Of a DNA stretch of 64,000 bases, positions 1-13,838 are shown one piece after another; the first letter of the stretch is position 1, and the number at the start of each line of letters is the position of its first letter. The notes beneath the pieces were generated by a model. The model was not told the DNA's origin. It saw only the letters and a list, made by a program, of their open reading frames with translations, and ran no database searches. Position numbers and translations under genes: made by a program. Location of the stretch: contig CM022665.1 of the NCBI GenBank assembly GCA_012295275.1, forward strand, positions 26,474,001 through 26,538,000, given 5' to 3'. This DNA is from Chrysomallon squamiferum (taxonomy: Eukaryota; Animalia; Mollusca).

Positions 1-649
1 TGCAAATATAAAATAATGTGCATTATGTGTAAATATACAACGTATTTATTGCAAATATAATTAAGGGAAAATTTACGTATTCGAATCAGCAGAACTGAGT
101 GGCAGTGAAATAAATTTGAGAAAACCCGTTAAGAGCAGAGGGATCGTATGGATTCTGACAAAAGTGGGTTTGAAATAACCACAGAAGGTTGTTAATATTA
201 TCGAACATTGGAAAGAAGTGTTGGCTAAGTCGTATGCTGTGCATACGATACACATACTTTAACATTACTCTGGCTGAAGTATGCTAAGAATTATTCAGAT
301 TCAATCAATTGAATGCTGGTAGTCAAGGTCAATTATCTTTTTAACTTGTATCCGTGGACGATAAAATAACAATAATATTCGGTTTTGAAAATTGTCCATT
401 TTAAAAAGAAGCAATAGAATATGTTTAGAAAACAACAACAAATATATATATATTATTCTGGGCTTTCTTTCTCGTTATCTTGTACAGTTTAAATTACCAG
501 CATGACACTATACAAAATATTTCAAATATTATATGTGACTCTTTAAATAACAAAATTCTTTCTTCCATATTTATTAATAAAAAATAAAAAATAGCAAAAA
601 TTTGACCTGCAAATGGCTAGAAAGAAGTTTGTTTCAATTAACAGATGCG

Positions 650-850
650 ATGATTATTAAGTTTTGTTTTATGGTTGATATCTGATTAACAAACAGTATA
701 CATATATTTATTTCAGTCTATATATACATATGTAAATCCATGTATGATGATTAATGTTTTTGTTTTACAGTTTATATTTGATCCATAATCTTATACGATA
801 TACATATATTTATTTCAAATTATATGTGTATATATATGTGTATATATAGG
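650..850. repeat. Imperfect ~100-bp tandem duplication (2 copies)
   Basis: The unit ttaa..ttttgttttat/ac..tatatacatatatttatttca occurs at ~655-720 and again at ~750-820. Confidence 0.45.
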
Positions 851-1723
851 TAATTCCAGTCATACATTTACATATCCTAGTCTTCAAAGAGTGCTTTATA
901 TTAATGAATGAATAATATTAATAAAAATTATTATTTTAATATTGTTGAGTTGTGTATTAATTCGCAAATAATGTTTTCAAAAGTGTAAATTATATTATAT
1001 TAAATACACACACTTAACACATACAGTTTTTAAATTTAAAAAACAAAAATTAAAATTAAATATTAAAATTTAAAACAAACAAACAAACAAACCAAAAAAT
1101 GCCTATATATTTCCAGAAACATACACTCAGTTAATTTTCGAGGATGAATCGAAAAAAATGTTAGTATTTTTTTTTATGTTATTGGATGGTAGAATTTATT
1201 TTTAAAATTGTCTTAGAACCTTTAAAATATTCCAAAGTGAACGGAAAAACAATTAATTTAGCCATCATCAAACGTTATTTAATATTTTTTATTTATTATT
1301 TTTTATTTATTATTATTATTATTGATTCTACAATATTATTCTATGCGTATGAAAACGTGGCTGGGGGAAATAATAATAATAAAAATAATAATCGTTTGTT
1401 TATTTATTTATTTGTTTGTTTGTTTGTTTGTTTATTTATTTGTTTGTTTGTTTGTTTGTTTATTTATTTATTTATTTATTTTTCATTTTATTTTAAAATA
1501 TTATTGCCAGGCTCTCATCATATATAAATATAGTGGAACAAGAAAAGTTAAATGTCCATGAACTGACGTATCGTCTGTAGTAATCCAATAGCTGCTTTTC
1601 TAGTCATGGTGCGAAGATCTGGTGACATCTGTTGCATTTTCGTTTACAAGCTTGAAGCAGATAAAACTCTGATTTTAGCCCATTTCACTCACGTCAGCAG
1701 TCATATTACCATCACACTGTAGA

Positions 1724-2005
1724 TTAGACTAAACATTTTGAAATGAATACGATAGCAACTAGTACCAAGGATGATACGGAAGCTGAAAAATAAAATTAAT
1801 TTAATTAGCTTTCTAAGAAGAGCAGATGGAAATTAATAACAAATTAACCAAAGCAATGTTAATTATAATGACAGTTAAACAACAATACTATTATTTAAAA
1901 AAATAATAATAATAATAATAAATTAATAATTATAAAAGAACTAACAGCAGCAGTAATAGAGATATTAGTCATAGTAGCAGTAGTAGTAATTGCAGTTGTA
2001 GTAGC

Positions 2006-2052
<47 letters not shown>

Positions 2053-3021
2053 CAGCAGCAGTAGTAATATTTAGGTATCTTAATATGATTTTTTTAGAGA
2101 TTGACTGCATTATCAAAGCCTTGTATAATATTTTCCTAATAATTAGCAACAATCTTCATTTTTCTTCTTCTTTTTTTTCACCATAATTATATAGACAATT
2201 AAATGTGTAACATATTTTCTTAAACTTTAAGCCACATAACAATTTTTTTCTTACCTTTATGCATGTCATCTGCAACGTACGTTGTATTAGTCTTTGAGGA
2301 TGGAAGAGTTACATTTTTGTGAATATTTTTGAGACAAGTCCAAAATATCCCACTTTTAAAGTTACATTAATGCCAGAAGACAACACAGACTTTCTTATAC
2401 TGTGACCATCTGGCCACAGCAGCGTCATCTCAACTGGGTGTCTCTGACCGAGTCCAAAATGCGTCACGGGCTCAGAATCTGAACCAGGGTCAACTATCCT
2501 TAGCAATAATCTGTTGTCTGTCAGAAGTAGTTTTACGATGGCACCACGTGCTGGAGCGCCATTTTGTGTCATAGGCATTATTCTTAGCCAGTTATTTTGT
2601 TTTCCCTGTGACACGTGGTACACCGAGAGAGACTGTTTGTTGGCATCTTCGTTAAAGATGTACAGTTCCAGTAAACCATCTCTGTCCATGTCTGCAACTG
2701 TAGCACCTGTGGGGAAAAAAAAAGAAAAAAAGAAAAGGATAAAAATACCATCTGTAATTAGTGATGATCAAATAACTCTCTGAACTTAAAACAAATAGAT
2801 TAAATATATATTTTATAGTTCATACTTTTTTTTTTTTAGTAAACTTTGCTAATAATAAAGAATGATAACTGATTTAAAAATCTGAAATTTATTTTCAGTT
2901 GCATACACATATATACAAACATAAAATAATGATGTGGTGATGAAGATTATAACGATGGTAATAATAATACATCGATAGATTGTAAACCGTTTTAAAGTTT
3001 AAGTAATCAGAGTCCATCGGA

Positions 3022-3065
<44 letters not shown>

Positions 3066-4315
3066 ACAAGTCTACTGTACTGAAAATGTATTAAAGCAGT
3101 TTGTTTGTATGTGACACTTTAAGAAATCGTGTTCATTACTATGAACCAACCAAAACAAGATTTTCTTGAAAGTTTTTTTCTTTTTCTTCAGATACATCCA
3201 GCATTTGTCATAGAAATGAAAGAGAAAACCAGTACGTTTTGACTTGTTAAAAGCGAACAAAACACGTATTGTCAGGTCTGTCAGACTCACCTAGTGAAAA
3301 TACTGGTAATTCTTGTTTCTTTTTGTTTATAAATGACCTTAATGTCAGTGTTTTGGAAACATAATTGTAAACGGTAAAATGAAATAGCAGTTAATATATT
3401 ATCCACTTTCAAAATGATTATTTGCACAAACTTTTCTTTTTATTCTGAAAACTGCGATTCTCTAGAATTAATCAATTCAGAGACAAATTTTAGAAATATA
3501 ATAATGTTTTTACTACAGAAACAAAATTTCCTCATAAATAAAAATTTTGTATAGTAAACTGAATGTTTTGCATCTCGTTAAACATGTTTCTAGTGTAAAA
3601 TTTCATAATATAATTTCTGCTGTTATTACCAGTGGTTCATAAGAAAAAACCTTAATAAATATCAAGTCGGAACAGAACAAACCAAAAATTGTTTTAAATT
3701 CATATATATATATATATATATATATCATCTTAAAAGATTATATCATCTTTGATTTTTGTTTGTTTGATTTTTTAATTTTTAATTTATTTTTTTATTATTA
3801 TTTTTTAGTTATTTGTTAAAGTAGTAATTATTCTCGTAGATGTTTATTATCATCACCTTCATCATTATCATAAGTATCATTATTATTATTATCATCATCA
3901 TCACTATTATCATTAACATTATTATCTTCATCATCATCATCATTATTATTATTATTAAACATTTGCAATCGTTACGTGTTATGTGGCCACCAGAAAGTCT
4001 AGCATCTCCAGCACTTATATTTATCAATAAAATGTCATCTTCACTCGACTCTACTCTATACAATGAGTTTTCAGTTGTTAAGGAAACACCTGTATCAAAC
4101 GGTGACTGGTAAAACTCATTCACTAGTAGCATCTCCAAAACCCCGTCATTGTCAAAGTCTGCAACTATTACACTTTTCGCTAAAGACATTTCCTCAAACT
4201 GTTTTATAGCTTTATTCTACAAAGAAAAGAAAAGAAATAGAAAAAAAAAATAGCTTGATGTAAAAATTGCGAATTAAATTCTACATTAACAAGGGCAGAG
4301 CTTATGTTTTGGGTA

Positions 4316-4379
<64 letters not shown>

Positions 4380-5977
4380 AGACATACATACACAACATAC
4401 ACACACTCATACACATAAACATAAACACACAAAAACCGATGCTTATCGCATAAATATATGTATTTATGACCTTAAATTATGCTTGGATAAAACTAAACTT
4501 TCTAATTCGCCAAGTAAGCAAATCTTGACATTGTAAATTAGACTTTTATAAGCCATATATCAGTGAAGTTTCTGTATGAAGGATAAACAAGTACTGACAA
4601 TAGATTTGTAAACAGAGTCACCATTATTTGTTGTCCTGTGTCAACAGCTTTGGCATTGTTTTAATATTTACATGAACATAATTATAACGCCTCTAAACTA
4701 GTGCACTGTAATATTTCCTTATATATTTCATTGACGTTTATGTACATTTATCGTTTCACATCCTGAATAATATATATCTATATATCTATATCTATATCTA
4801 TCTACATATATGTATTTTATACACACACACACACACACACACACATACACATACACACATATAAATTCAAAGGTGTGTATTCAGAATGTGTTTACTAAAA
4901 ATATATACAGTGTTTTATATTCATTAATACAGGGTGTCCCAAAAGTAACCGAACCAGAAACTTAAATAAAATTAGATATTAAAAATAACAAATTTAATTC
5001 CATCTTTTTATGTCATTTTATGTTATCTTTTGTACTATTCATTTACTTCTGTCAGTAGTAGTATTTGGAATGATTTTTGTTACCTGATTGTAGTGTTCTT
5101 CGTGATCGAGACTTCTGTTTTAGCGCGCGCTACTGGACTCTCCATGGTTTGACTTGAAATGGTACCCTCACTCTTAAAAATGCAGTGAAGAACTTTAGAT
5201 TTAAACAAACGTATCTTCATTATTAAGAATTACTTGCAAGATCCCCGGATCTGACAACATCTGATTTCTTTCTATGGGGAGTTCTAAAAAACGCAGTTTA
5301 TGCTAATAAACCTAGGACCATTGATCAACTGAAACAAAGTATTCAGCACAAATGACACCAAATTTCAGAGTAAACTTTCCAAAAAGTATGTCGCAGTGTT
5401 GTCAAAAGATGTCGTGATTGTATTTAAGTTCAAGGTAGACATTTTGAACATTTGTAAATACTAAATATACAGATTAAATTTGTTATTTTTAATATCTAAT
5501 TTTATTTAAGTTTGCGGTTCGGTTACTTTTGGGACACCCTGTATATGCAAAAATAGTAATGATATTTTAAAAGTGATCAGTACGTACAAGAAACAGTACA
5601 TCTGAACCGGCATCATGTTGCATATATAACCTGTGCGAACCCATCATATTAGCGATGACAATGTCCACTAGACCATCGTAGTTTAAATCAGCAAGAGCAG
5701 CGGCAACACCATTTTCTTTTGTCCCGTTTATTCCTAAATAATAATAATAACAAAAACAACAACAACAGCAATAATAATAAGAAGAAGAAGAAGAACAACA
5801 ACAACAGCAATAAAAGTTCGTTAGAATTCATATGATAAACAATTAAACCATTAATCTCGTTTTATATTTGTTTATTTTTCATTTTAAGTAGTTGTGCTAA
5901 TTTTATTTATTTGACATACATATTTACATACGTCTTTATTAGTAGTAAATTAAATTTATTTTTTATTGAAACCGATA

Positions 5978-6015
<38 letters not shown>

Positions 6016-7363
6016 CTTATTATTTTTTCGAAGTTAAATGTTAGAACAGAAATGAAAAATGTTTATTTTTCAATGTTAAATTACCGATACATTCGCAGTC
6101 ACACACACAAACATTGACAGTCCGTCTGTATAAAGCGATTTCATAATACTGGTGATATTTAATCTCAGCAGACAGGCTCTGCTTATCAACTAAGACAAAT
6201 TATAAAGTTTTAATTTGCTGACGACGTCTGTTACCTGTTTGTGGTGCGATGTTATAGAACGAAACAAAATTGTTGTTTTTCAAAAGCTGATTCGAACCGC
6301 CGCGATATCCAGCCAAAAAAATATCAGATCTTCCATTTTTACCTAATATAGGTCCAACTGATAAACTTCTGGAATCTAAAAACATAGGTAGTTATATTAC
6401 ATAAAATAATATCATTCTCTTGTAAATATTTTGCACAAATGTTTTCCTCGCTATCTTTTTTCAATTCATTTTTATTTATGATGTTCTCGATAAAGGTATA
6501 TATCAAAGTTTTCAGGGGTCTCATAAAAATACAGGTCAAAGCTTTGAAGGTTTCTTACGTGTTATGATTAATCATATACTGTAAAAAAAAAAAAAATTAC
6601 ATTTTACATTTTTTTTTAAATTCATTAAGATTCGATTTAAGTATTAGGAAAAAATAATAAGTCTAAACATTAATTTTGTTTAATTTATACAAATAAATTA
6701 TGAACCTTTAAAAACTAAATGACGCATGGTTATTATTATTTATATATTTTTTTTTTACTTTATAATGTTCCAGCTTTCTTACTTTCAGTATGCGATAGAT
6801 TTGCTATGTTGGTAACATCATACAAGACTATGCGCTCTGTCCTGTTTCTATTCTTGTCATGTAAAACTTCAGTCTCTAACAATGCTAAACTCCCTTCAGT
6901 ATCTGTTAATGAAAAACAGAAGAATAAATAATCTTAAAATAGTAATCTGCAAAATTAGGATTCCTCACAAATGGTTATCAAATGAGTAATAGCTGATTAT
7001 ATTTCTTTATTGTTTTTCCATTATCGAGTCACTTGATCAGAAGTCTGTCTGTCTGCCGGTCACATGAATATTTTATACATAACGCAGTTGAAGAACTAAT
7101 TGATATTAGCATGATAGTTAGTAGTATTCAAGTTAAAACAGTACTAACAGACAAATATTTCTACTAGTTCACGTAAAGATGACTATTTATTTGATTTTAA
7201 ATAAGTATTTTGTTTGTAGCACTGAATGAACCGTTAAATATTAAAAGTGCTTGCTTTACAGTATATATTATTTTATTTAACAAAAGTTGTCCAAGTATAA
7301 ATGAAGACTTGCTCTCTCTTTCAGTTTCTCTGGGTTTCGTGTCTCTCTTTCTTTCTGACTAAG

Positions 7364-7410
<47 letters not shown>

Positions 7411-7658
7411 CCTCACACACACACACACAACACAAACATCACACAAATACAAGAATGAACGGTACCACCAATGTCTGAAATTAAAATTCCATATTTGCCG
7501 TTTCCATTTCTGTCTAAACAGTTCACCAAATGACCGTTATATGTAGCAGACAGTTTGCTGTTAATGTCGTCATTGAACACATCATCAAACCTAAATAAAT
7601 AAATTAATTAATAAGAACTATTTGAAAGAAAAACATTTTCACAAATATGCTGAAATAA

Positions 7659-7713
<55 letters not shown>

Positions 7714-9023
7714 TTTAAAGGCAAAAATGCGTAGCCTACAATATACTGATCCTCTTTCTTTATTATTAATAATCTGAATGACATATTTTAACAAACTATT
7801 AACAGGTTATCCACAATACTTTAACTTTTCTCAATAATAAGTAACAAATTAAACTATTAAAATAAAGCATCACAGTTAGAGAGCATCTTTTTAAATGAAA
7901 CTGTTAAGGTTTATTATAAGAAACGAAACATTTTATCTAAGAATGTTGCGAAAAAAAAAAAAAAAATGTATTGAACCTGTTAAATTCATTCTGCCAGCGC
8001 AGAAGACGATCTTTGTAAACTTTATGATTCAAATTCCTTTTGTTGTTGTTTAACAAATATATTTCCTCTTTTCCGTTACCATCTATGTCACAAACGCACA
8101 CAGAGTTAGTTATGCCTGCGAAACACACGCCATTTATTGATTATAAATATACATTAGTATGAAAATAGCTATGTGGATAGATAAGTAAATGAGAAAGAAT
8201 AAGATACGTATGTGTTAGCGTGTGTATGTGAATGCATGTATGTATGCGAGAGAAAGGAATACATATATAAACGCAGAGATACAGATACAAATAGATATAG
8301 GTATAGATATTTAGATAGACAGAGAGGTTGATTGTAAGAGATATCGAGAGAGAAGTTCATAAATGGATGTTCATCACTGAGATGGATTTCATTTTCAAGA
8401 AGAAATTAGTTCAGATGTAGGCAAATTAGGAGTTATATGAATCAATTCATGTGTCTATATCAAAAAATACCATATTCATCACGTAGTGATGCGAGAGAAG
8501 GTTTTGTTAGAATTAAGTCGATGTACGTCTGACTGGTGAAATCGTAACTGAGAACCACATTTGGGCCATTGGAACTGAAAATATGTGAAAGACTGAGATA
8601 ATACTTGAGAAGAAATGATAATATATTTCAGCTTACTCTTTTATAAAATGTATACTTCAGATTACCCTTAAAATTACAACTGTATATATATATATATAGC
8701 AAAACTCTTATTACTAACATAATAATAATGAATGATTATAGTGTTGTGAAGTGATATCGTTTTTAGCGTCCCTGCTAATTATCTTTCTGTAGAAATATGC
8801 ATTACCTAACTAGTATCATTTCCATATAACCATCTCCGTCAACATCGGCGACAGCAATATCTGTAATTGCTTGTTTGACACTGATACCAAGCTGCTGTCG
8901 CGTTCTGGATGTGAACATCGCCAGAGAAAAGGATCTCATCATTAGAACTGCATTTAATATGAAGCTAACACTGACCCACTGACGTGAAGCTCGACAAGAA
9001 GTCATTATGTAATCAGCAGTCAT
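1724..9023 (-). CDS. CRTAC1: Cartilage acidic protein 1-like (FG-GAP beta-propeller + ASPIC/UnbV), 10 coding exons; 1-nt frameshift in the penultimate exon
   Basis: Exons in transcription order: 9023-8806, 8574-8471, 8115-7977, 7590-7466, 6902-6783, 6375-6235, 5733-5588, 4216-3976, 2706-2255, 1782-1724. All are GT-AG with matching phases. Motifs: signal peptide ending SLA-MFTS, IAVADVDGDG, NGPNVVLSYD, CDIDGNGKEEIYLLN, CLDRNGNGKY, ADLNYDGLVDIV, ADFDNDG, NNWLRIMP..GAPARGAIV, EPVTHFGLG..WPDG, in the same order as vertebrate CRTAC1. As assembled it stops at 2309 (543 aa); with one extra A it gives 581 aa. Confidence 0.88.
1975..2066. repeat. (GTA/GCA)n trinucleotide microsatellite
   Basis: Direct read; it produces the spurious poly-Thr ORF 1895..2152. 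Confidence 0.9.
4322..4375. repeat. (CT)n microsatellite
   Basis: Direct read. It is one of many simple repeats (TA, CA, AAT, poly-A) across the window. Confidence 0.9.
4930..5541 (+). mobile_element. Non-autonomous Tc1/mariner-superfamily deletion derivative (DD41D/rosa-like), 612 bp, in a CRTAC1 intron
   Basis: 69-bp terminal inverted repeats (CAGGGTGTCCCAAAAGTAACCGAACC...) with 2 mismatches and a TA target-site duplication at 4928-4929 and 5542-5543. Internal 5236-5457 translates ARSPDLTTSDFFLWGVLKNAVY...GRHFEHL*, a transposase C-terminus with in-frame stops. Confidence 0.9.
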
Positions 9024-9653
9024 CTAGATGATAAATATTACTTAATAATATTAATAACGACGATTTTGACGATGACGACGACAACGATGGTGAAAACAAC
9101 AAGTTATAAAATGGTAAGACGGTAATTAATTTGTGTGTGCCTTTAGCACTGGTGACGCGATGTCGTGCATAGAACTACGGCAGAACTGACCCCTAGTTTA
9201 TTAATGCAAATAAAATAATAATAATAAATTATTTATTTTTTTATTTATTTTTTTAAAATAAAATATTAACTGTCAGAAACATTAGTTAACACATGTTTAT
9301 AATAATATTTATCCTAAAAAAAAAAAAAAAAAAAAAAAAAAAATGTCAAAGATGAAGAAAATCTAGTAAAAGTATAACAGGAAATATATAATATGTACCT
9401 GGAACTGTCCTACAGAATCTGGAATAGTAATAAATTTTCCATCCAAATTGAAGAATTCATTGAATTAATAATACTTATATATTTAACGCATATTGTTTAG
9501 TAAGGTGGCAAAGTTTTTATAAAACAGTATATAATGAATTAAACAAAGACGTCAGCGTGCAGAGGAGAACGAGTTCTGTACATGATGAGACTGTTTCCTG
9601 AAGTATCAGCAGACTGTGCTGATAAAATATTAATGATTCTGTTAATTGCTTAC

Positions 9654-9800
9654 CTGGGGTCAGAGTGTGTGCACGAAAAGAACACCACAACAAACTGGTG
9701 AAGAAGGTAGTGGACTGGAAACCACTGGAGACTGATGTTTATTTAACGATAGCCAAGTACATCGTTTAATCAGCGACTCTCGTGATACGTTTCATTCAGA
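9654..9800 (-). other. Probable non-coding first exon of the CRTAC1-like gene
   Basis: Strong donor CCCCAG|GTAAGC at 9654/9653 in a GC-richer patch. The ATG at 9023 is immediately preceded by an acceptor TAG. A possible 20-nt UTR mini-exon lies at 9418-9399. Confidence 0.45.
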
Positions 9801-9852
9801 AGAAACCAGCTGCCATCATCAGTCCTTGGAGTTTCACTTTAGTACTTGGCGT

Positions 9853-9883
<31 letters not shown>

Positions 9884-9984
9884 TTATTATTATTATTATC
9901 TTTTTTAATTTTTTTTTTATAATTACTGTGATTTTTTACCCACAAAACGCAGTAAAAAAAACCCCATTTTTAATTCAGTTACGT

Positions 9985-10160
9985 GGTTTCATACATAAAA
10001 TTAAGGACCATGTGAATAGATGTAGAAACCCTGTCCCACCATGCATTGGGCTACTCTCTTTTTTTTAAAGACAAGTAGCAAGATATCTTTTATGCACACC
10101 TTCCCATTAACAGAAAATCAGATGCCTTTCCCATCAGTTATACCCAGCATAGCGACTGAA
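9985..10160 (+). mobile_element. Decayed interspersed SINE/MITE-like repeat; further decayed copies near 10395-10460 and 27265-27470
   Basis: The string ttaaggacca..agaaaccc..gggctactctct..tagcaagatatctttta..ttccca..acag resembles the 27265-27470 segment and an abundant gastropod repeat I recall from memory (unverified). Confidence 0.4.
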
Positions 10161-13100
10161 CAAAAACCAACTTAGTTTAAAAAAAGAAATATTGTATATC
10201 CGACATAATGAGTTCAAGTATCTGGTTAAAGGTGCACGGACTTGGTAAAAATAAAACATCAGCAAATATTCATTTGAATCTTTCATGAAAAAAAAAAAAA
10301 TTATATTTCATTAAATGAAACAAACAGCAGCTTAAACCACTTAACAATTATAAGACTGTTTTGAAAATAATCATATGTGATCAAACTATCTTGAAAGAAA
10401 ATCTGCTAGTTTCATTACAAGTTTTTCTTTTCAACCTCAAGCAAGGGATCTTTCGTAATTTAAAAAAACCCACCCAAAAACCATATATGTATATATATTT
10501 TTTTAAACAGCTGGAAAAAGAAAAAATGTCTTAAAAATGTTATTACATCAATAGGTATTAAGGCACAGGCATATTTCAATCCAATAATTGATGGTGTCTG
10601 AAGTCATACAACAATTCAAAAATAATTCTTCTTTCAACAGTTCTTCAGGCTTCAGATAAAACAGATAGAAAATGATCATACGTTTTATGTACAGAGGTCT
10701 CCAGATCATGGGAACTTATTTGCATTGATTTTTTTTTTTTTAACACTCCTACCTACAAGCATTCAAAATCAGAATTCAGGTCTTTCGTTCACAAGCATAT
10801 TTTTTAAAGGTAATTTTCTTTTTTTGCAGCTTTCTCATGTGGAAGGTCATGGCAGTAAACACACACAATCATATTTCAGCAATGCAGATTTAATGTGCGA
10901 ATCTATTGATATCATTTTGTATGGGATTTATTTCAAACATTCAAATACATGTTTTACAAGATATACAAATTTTAAAAACATTTACATTTTGTGTGAAATA
11001 AAAAAACAAAATCTTTTTATTTTGAAACATATTTAATTGATAGTTGTGATGTATTAAAATACAAGAAAAAGCTGAAAAAGAAAAATATGTATACAACAGA
11101 AATCAATGGTTATTTTTTACTTTCTGACAACTTTGTATTCCTAGACATAATTGCCAACCACCAATATAAATTCTATAAAAAATAAACTATGAAAAATATA
11201 CACTTAAAAAACTCATATAAAACAAGAACAGTTTTTATTTTAATTTTTAAAAAAACTGACAGAAGCATATTTTACTGATTTTTTATTTTTATTTATGTTT
11301 TAATATATTTTTAATATTTTTTTATTTTAATTTTAGAATACATATTTATCATTTACATGTGTATGTATAAATGTTTTTTTATTTTGAATTATTTTTAAAA
11401 AAAAGAACAAAACACTGTCAGTCTGGATACCAGATATTTTTTAATTGTTTGTTCTTTTTAAAAGAAATCATGTTTTATGGATCTTACAGATATTACACCT
11501 GTAACATATTTTATACAGATCCATTCACTTTTGTCAAGTTATTTACTTTATTATGAACTCAATTCCAGTAACATGGAGAAAAATATAAAAAAAAAAAAAA
11601 AAAAAATTAAATTAAAATTAAAAATAATTGACTAAAATATTATATATCTAAAATTATATACACACAAGCACATATTCAGTTTATTTTTAATACATCATAA
11701 TCATTTAATATTTGTATGAATGATAATAAACCATTTATTTAAATAAATTGGCAAAAGAAAAAAAAAAAAAAAAAAAAAAAAAAAAGATATCAGAAGAGAT
11801 AAAGCAATACAAGCTATCATTAAACATGCCTTGCTGAAAAATATGTATTTTCAATTTCTAACAAAATCTTTCTTCAGATTTGTGCATCATATACTTCTGT
11901 ATGTAAATGCCTATGTGTCTGTGTGTGTGTGTATATAAAAACTTGTATGTTTTTAAGTTTTTCTGTTTAGAGAAATTACAAAACTGGACAAAATATGAAC
12001 TTTCGTCCAACAGCTTCCTAAAAACTAGGATTATGGGGGAAAAATAACAGTAGTTGATAAATATTATTAAAAATGAATAACCATCAACTAATGTATGTTT
12101 GTAAATATAGACCCAACAACAGTACAGTATTTATTTGAAAATATTTACATCACTCAGTAGATTATAATTTACAAACAGGTTACACTATACGTAGGCTTTT
12201 ACAAAAACATGCATCATAAAATTTTGTCAACAAGATCTAACAGCTTGGCAGCATGAAATACTTGATCAGTTAATTTCATAATCAAACACTTAACATCACA
12301 GATGTAACACAACATAAACTATGCAGAGTTTTACAGGCAAAGAATAACTGTACAGAGGGGGAATGAAATTGTAAAATATATTTAGTATTATTATCTGCAC
12401 CAAATTATGCTTTAATGGTTCTGTTGTTAAAGTTTGAATGTCCAGTTGGTTTGACTGCTAAGTAATCTTTTATTCTGAACAATTCACCAAAGCTGTATTT
12501 ATTTATTTTTACTTGTTTAAACTAGATTTTATGAAAAAATTCAACAATAGTTTATTGTATATGAATAATATATAAGCTCATAAAATAATTATATATTATC
12601 TTACATGTCATTTGTAAGATGAAATATAACATGCTTTCTGTGTAATATACTGAAGCAAGAATTTTTTTCAAGTTCTTTTTTTCAAGTTGTTTTTTTCAAG
12701 GATTTTTAGTGATCATTTAAAGGCACTGTCTAAAAAGGCATTGTACAACAGTATTAGATTTAACTATAAATTCTGAAAAACTATTCTTTTTTTTTTCATT
12801 TTTACCAATCTACTAAAATGATTTAACAGCAATAATTAACAAACTGATGAATCTATATACAATACCAAATTGTGCTGAAAGAAAATTACCTTATAGGTAT
12901 TGTAATGGTGTGACCAATTCGAGTACTTTCAAATAATATTTTTTTTGCTCCTAATAATACTGCTGTTAATAACAGAGTATAACAGTCATATAACATTGCA
13001 CATAAGACTGTGACCAAATAACTGGCAATGGAATAAATAACAAGAACCCCCCCACAAAAAAAAACCACCATTTGACTTTTTTTCTTTTTTAAATCCTTAA

Positions 13101-13792
13101 TATGACAAACAGTCAATTTTTTTTTTTTTTAATGATCATAGATAAAACAAAACTGAGGAAATCTGTTGGTCTTTTACTGGTTGTAAAACAGTAGCTTCCA
13201 TGCATCTGTTCATATTTTTTGATTGTCATACTTTATTATTATCAAAAAGTTGGCAGTAAAAAAAAATACAACAATCACATTGAAGTTTCATACAAAAAAA
13301 TATATTTTTGTTCATACCATTAAAATGTTATTGAAAAATATCATGCTACTAGTCAATCAAAATAATGTTCATGTAGTTAAAGGATACATAAAATTTCTCA
13401 GTTGCTAATGTTATCTTAAACAGAAGTGTAATTTTTTTTTAGCAAATTTATATAAATATATATTTATTTATTTACATGCAGCTATGCAACTCATACATAT
13501 GAATTTTATTATATCACTATTCATGGACAGACTGTTAATATGTTTTATACAATTATTTAAGTATTTGTAATTTATAAAATATAAAAGCTAACGTTTGTTA
13601 GTATATTACTGTCAGCAATTCATCTATATATTCTGTACTACTAACAAGATCAACAGAGCAGGATTTTGACATAATCAAACTATCCTACAGTTTAATACAA
13701 AAATCCTAACTGATGTTTCATTTACCTAGAGAGCTCTGTTAATCTTTTTCCATTTTTCAGCAAGAAATATACAGAAGCAAAAATTGTTATAT

Positions 13793-13838
<46 letters not shown>

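Noticed and set aside
75-260. Possible RTE-type reverse transcriptase remnant (IVWILTKVGLK*PQKVVNII)
   Set aside because: The similarity is too short and degenerate to support without a profile search.
1186-2152. ORFs 1186..1527, 1322..1561, 1895..2152 and many similar ORFs rich in I/F/Y/L/T across the window
   Set aside because: They are translations of microsatellites and AT-rich introns, with no domain motifs or splice context.
2309-2335. Programmed -1 ribosomal frameshift in the CRTAC1-like or cadherin gene
   Set aside because: There is no canonical X XXY YYZ heptamer or obvious downstream structure; a homopolymer indel error is more parsimonious.
9775-9830. Hammerhead-like CTGATGA...GAAACGTA on the minus strand
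   Set aside because: Stem II lacks a closing pair and stem I has only about 2 bp.
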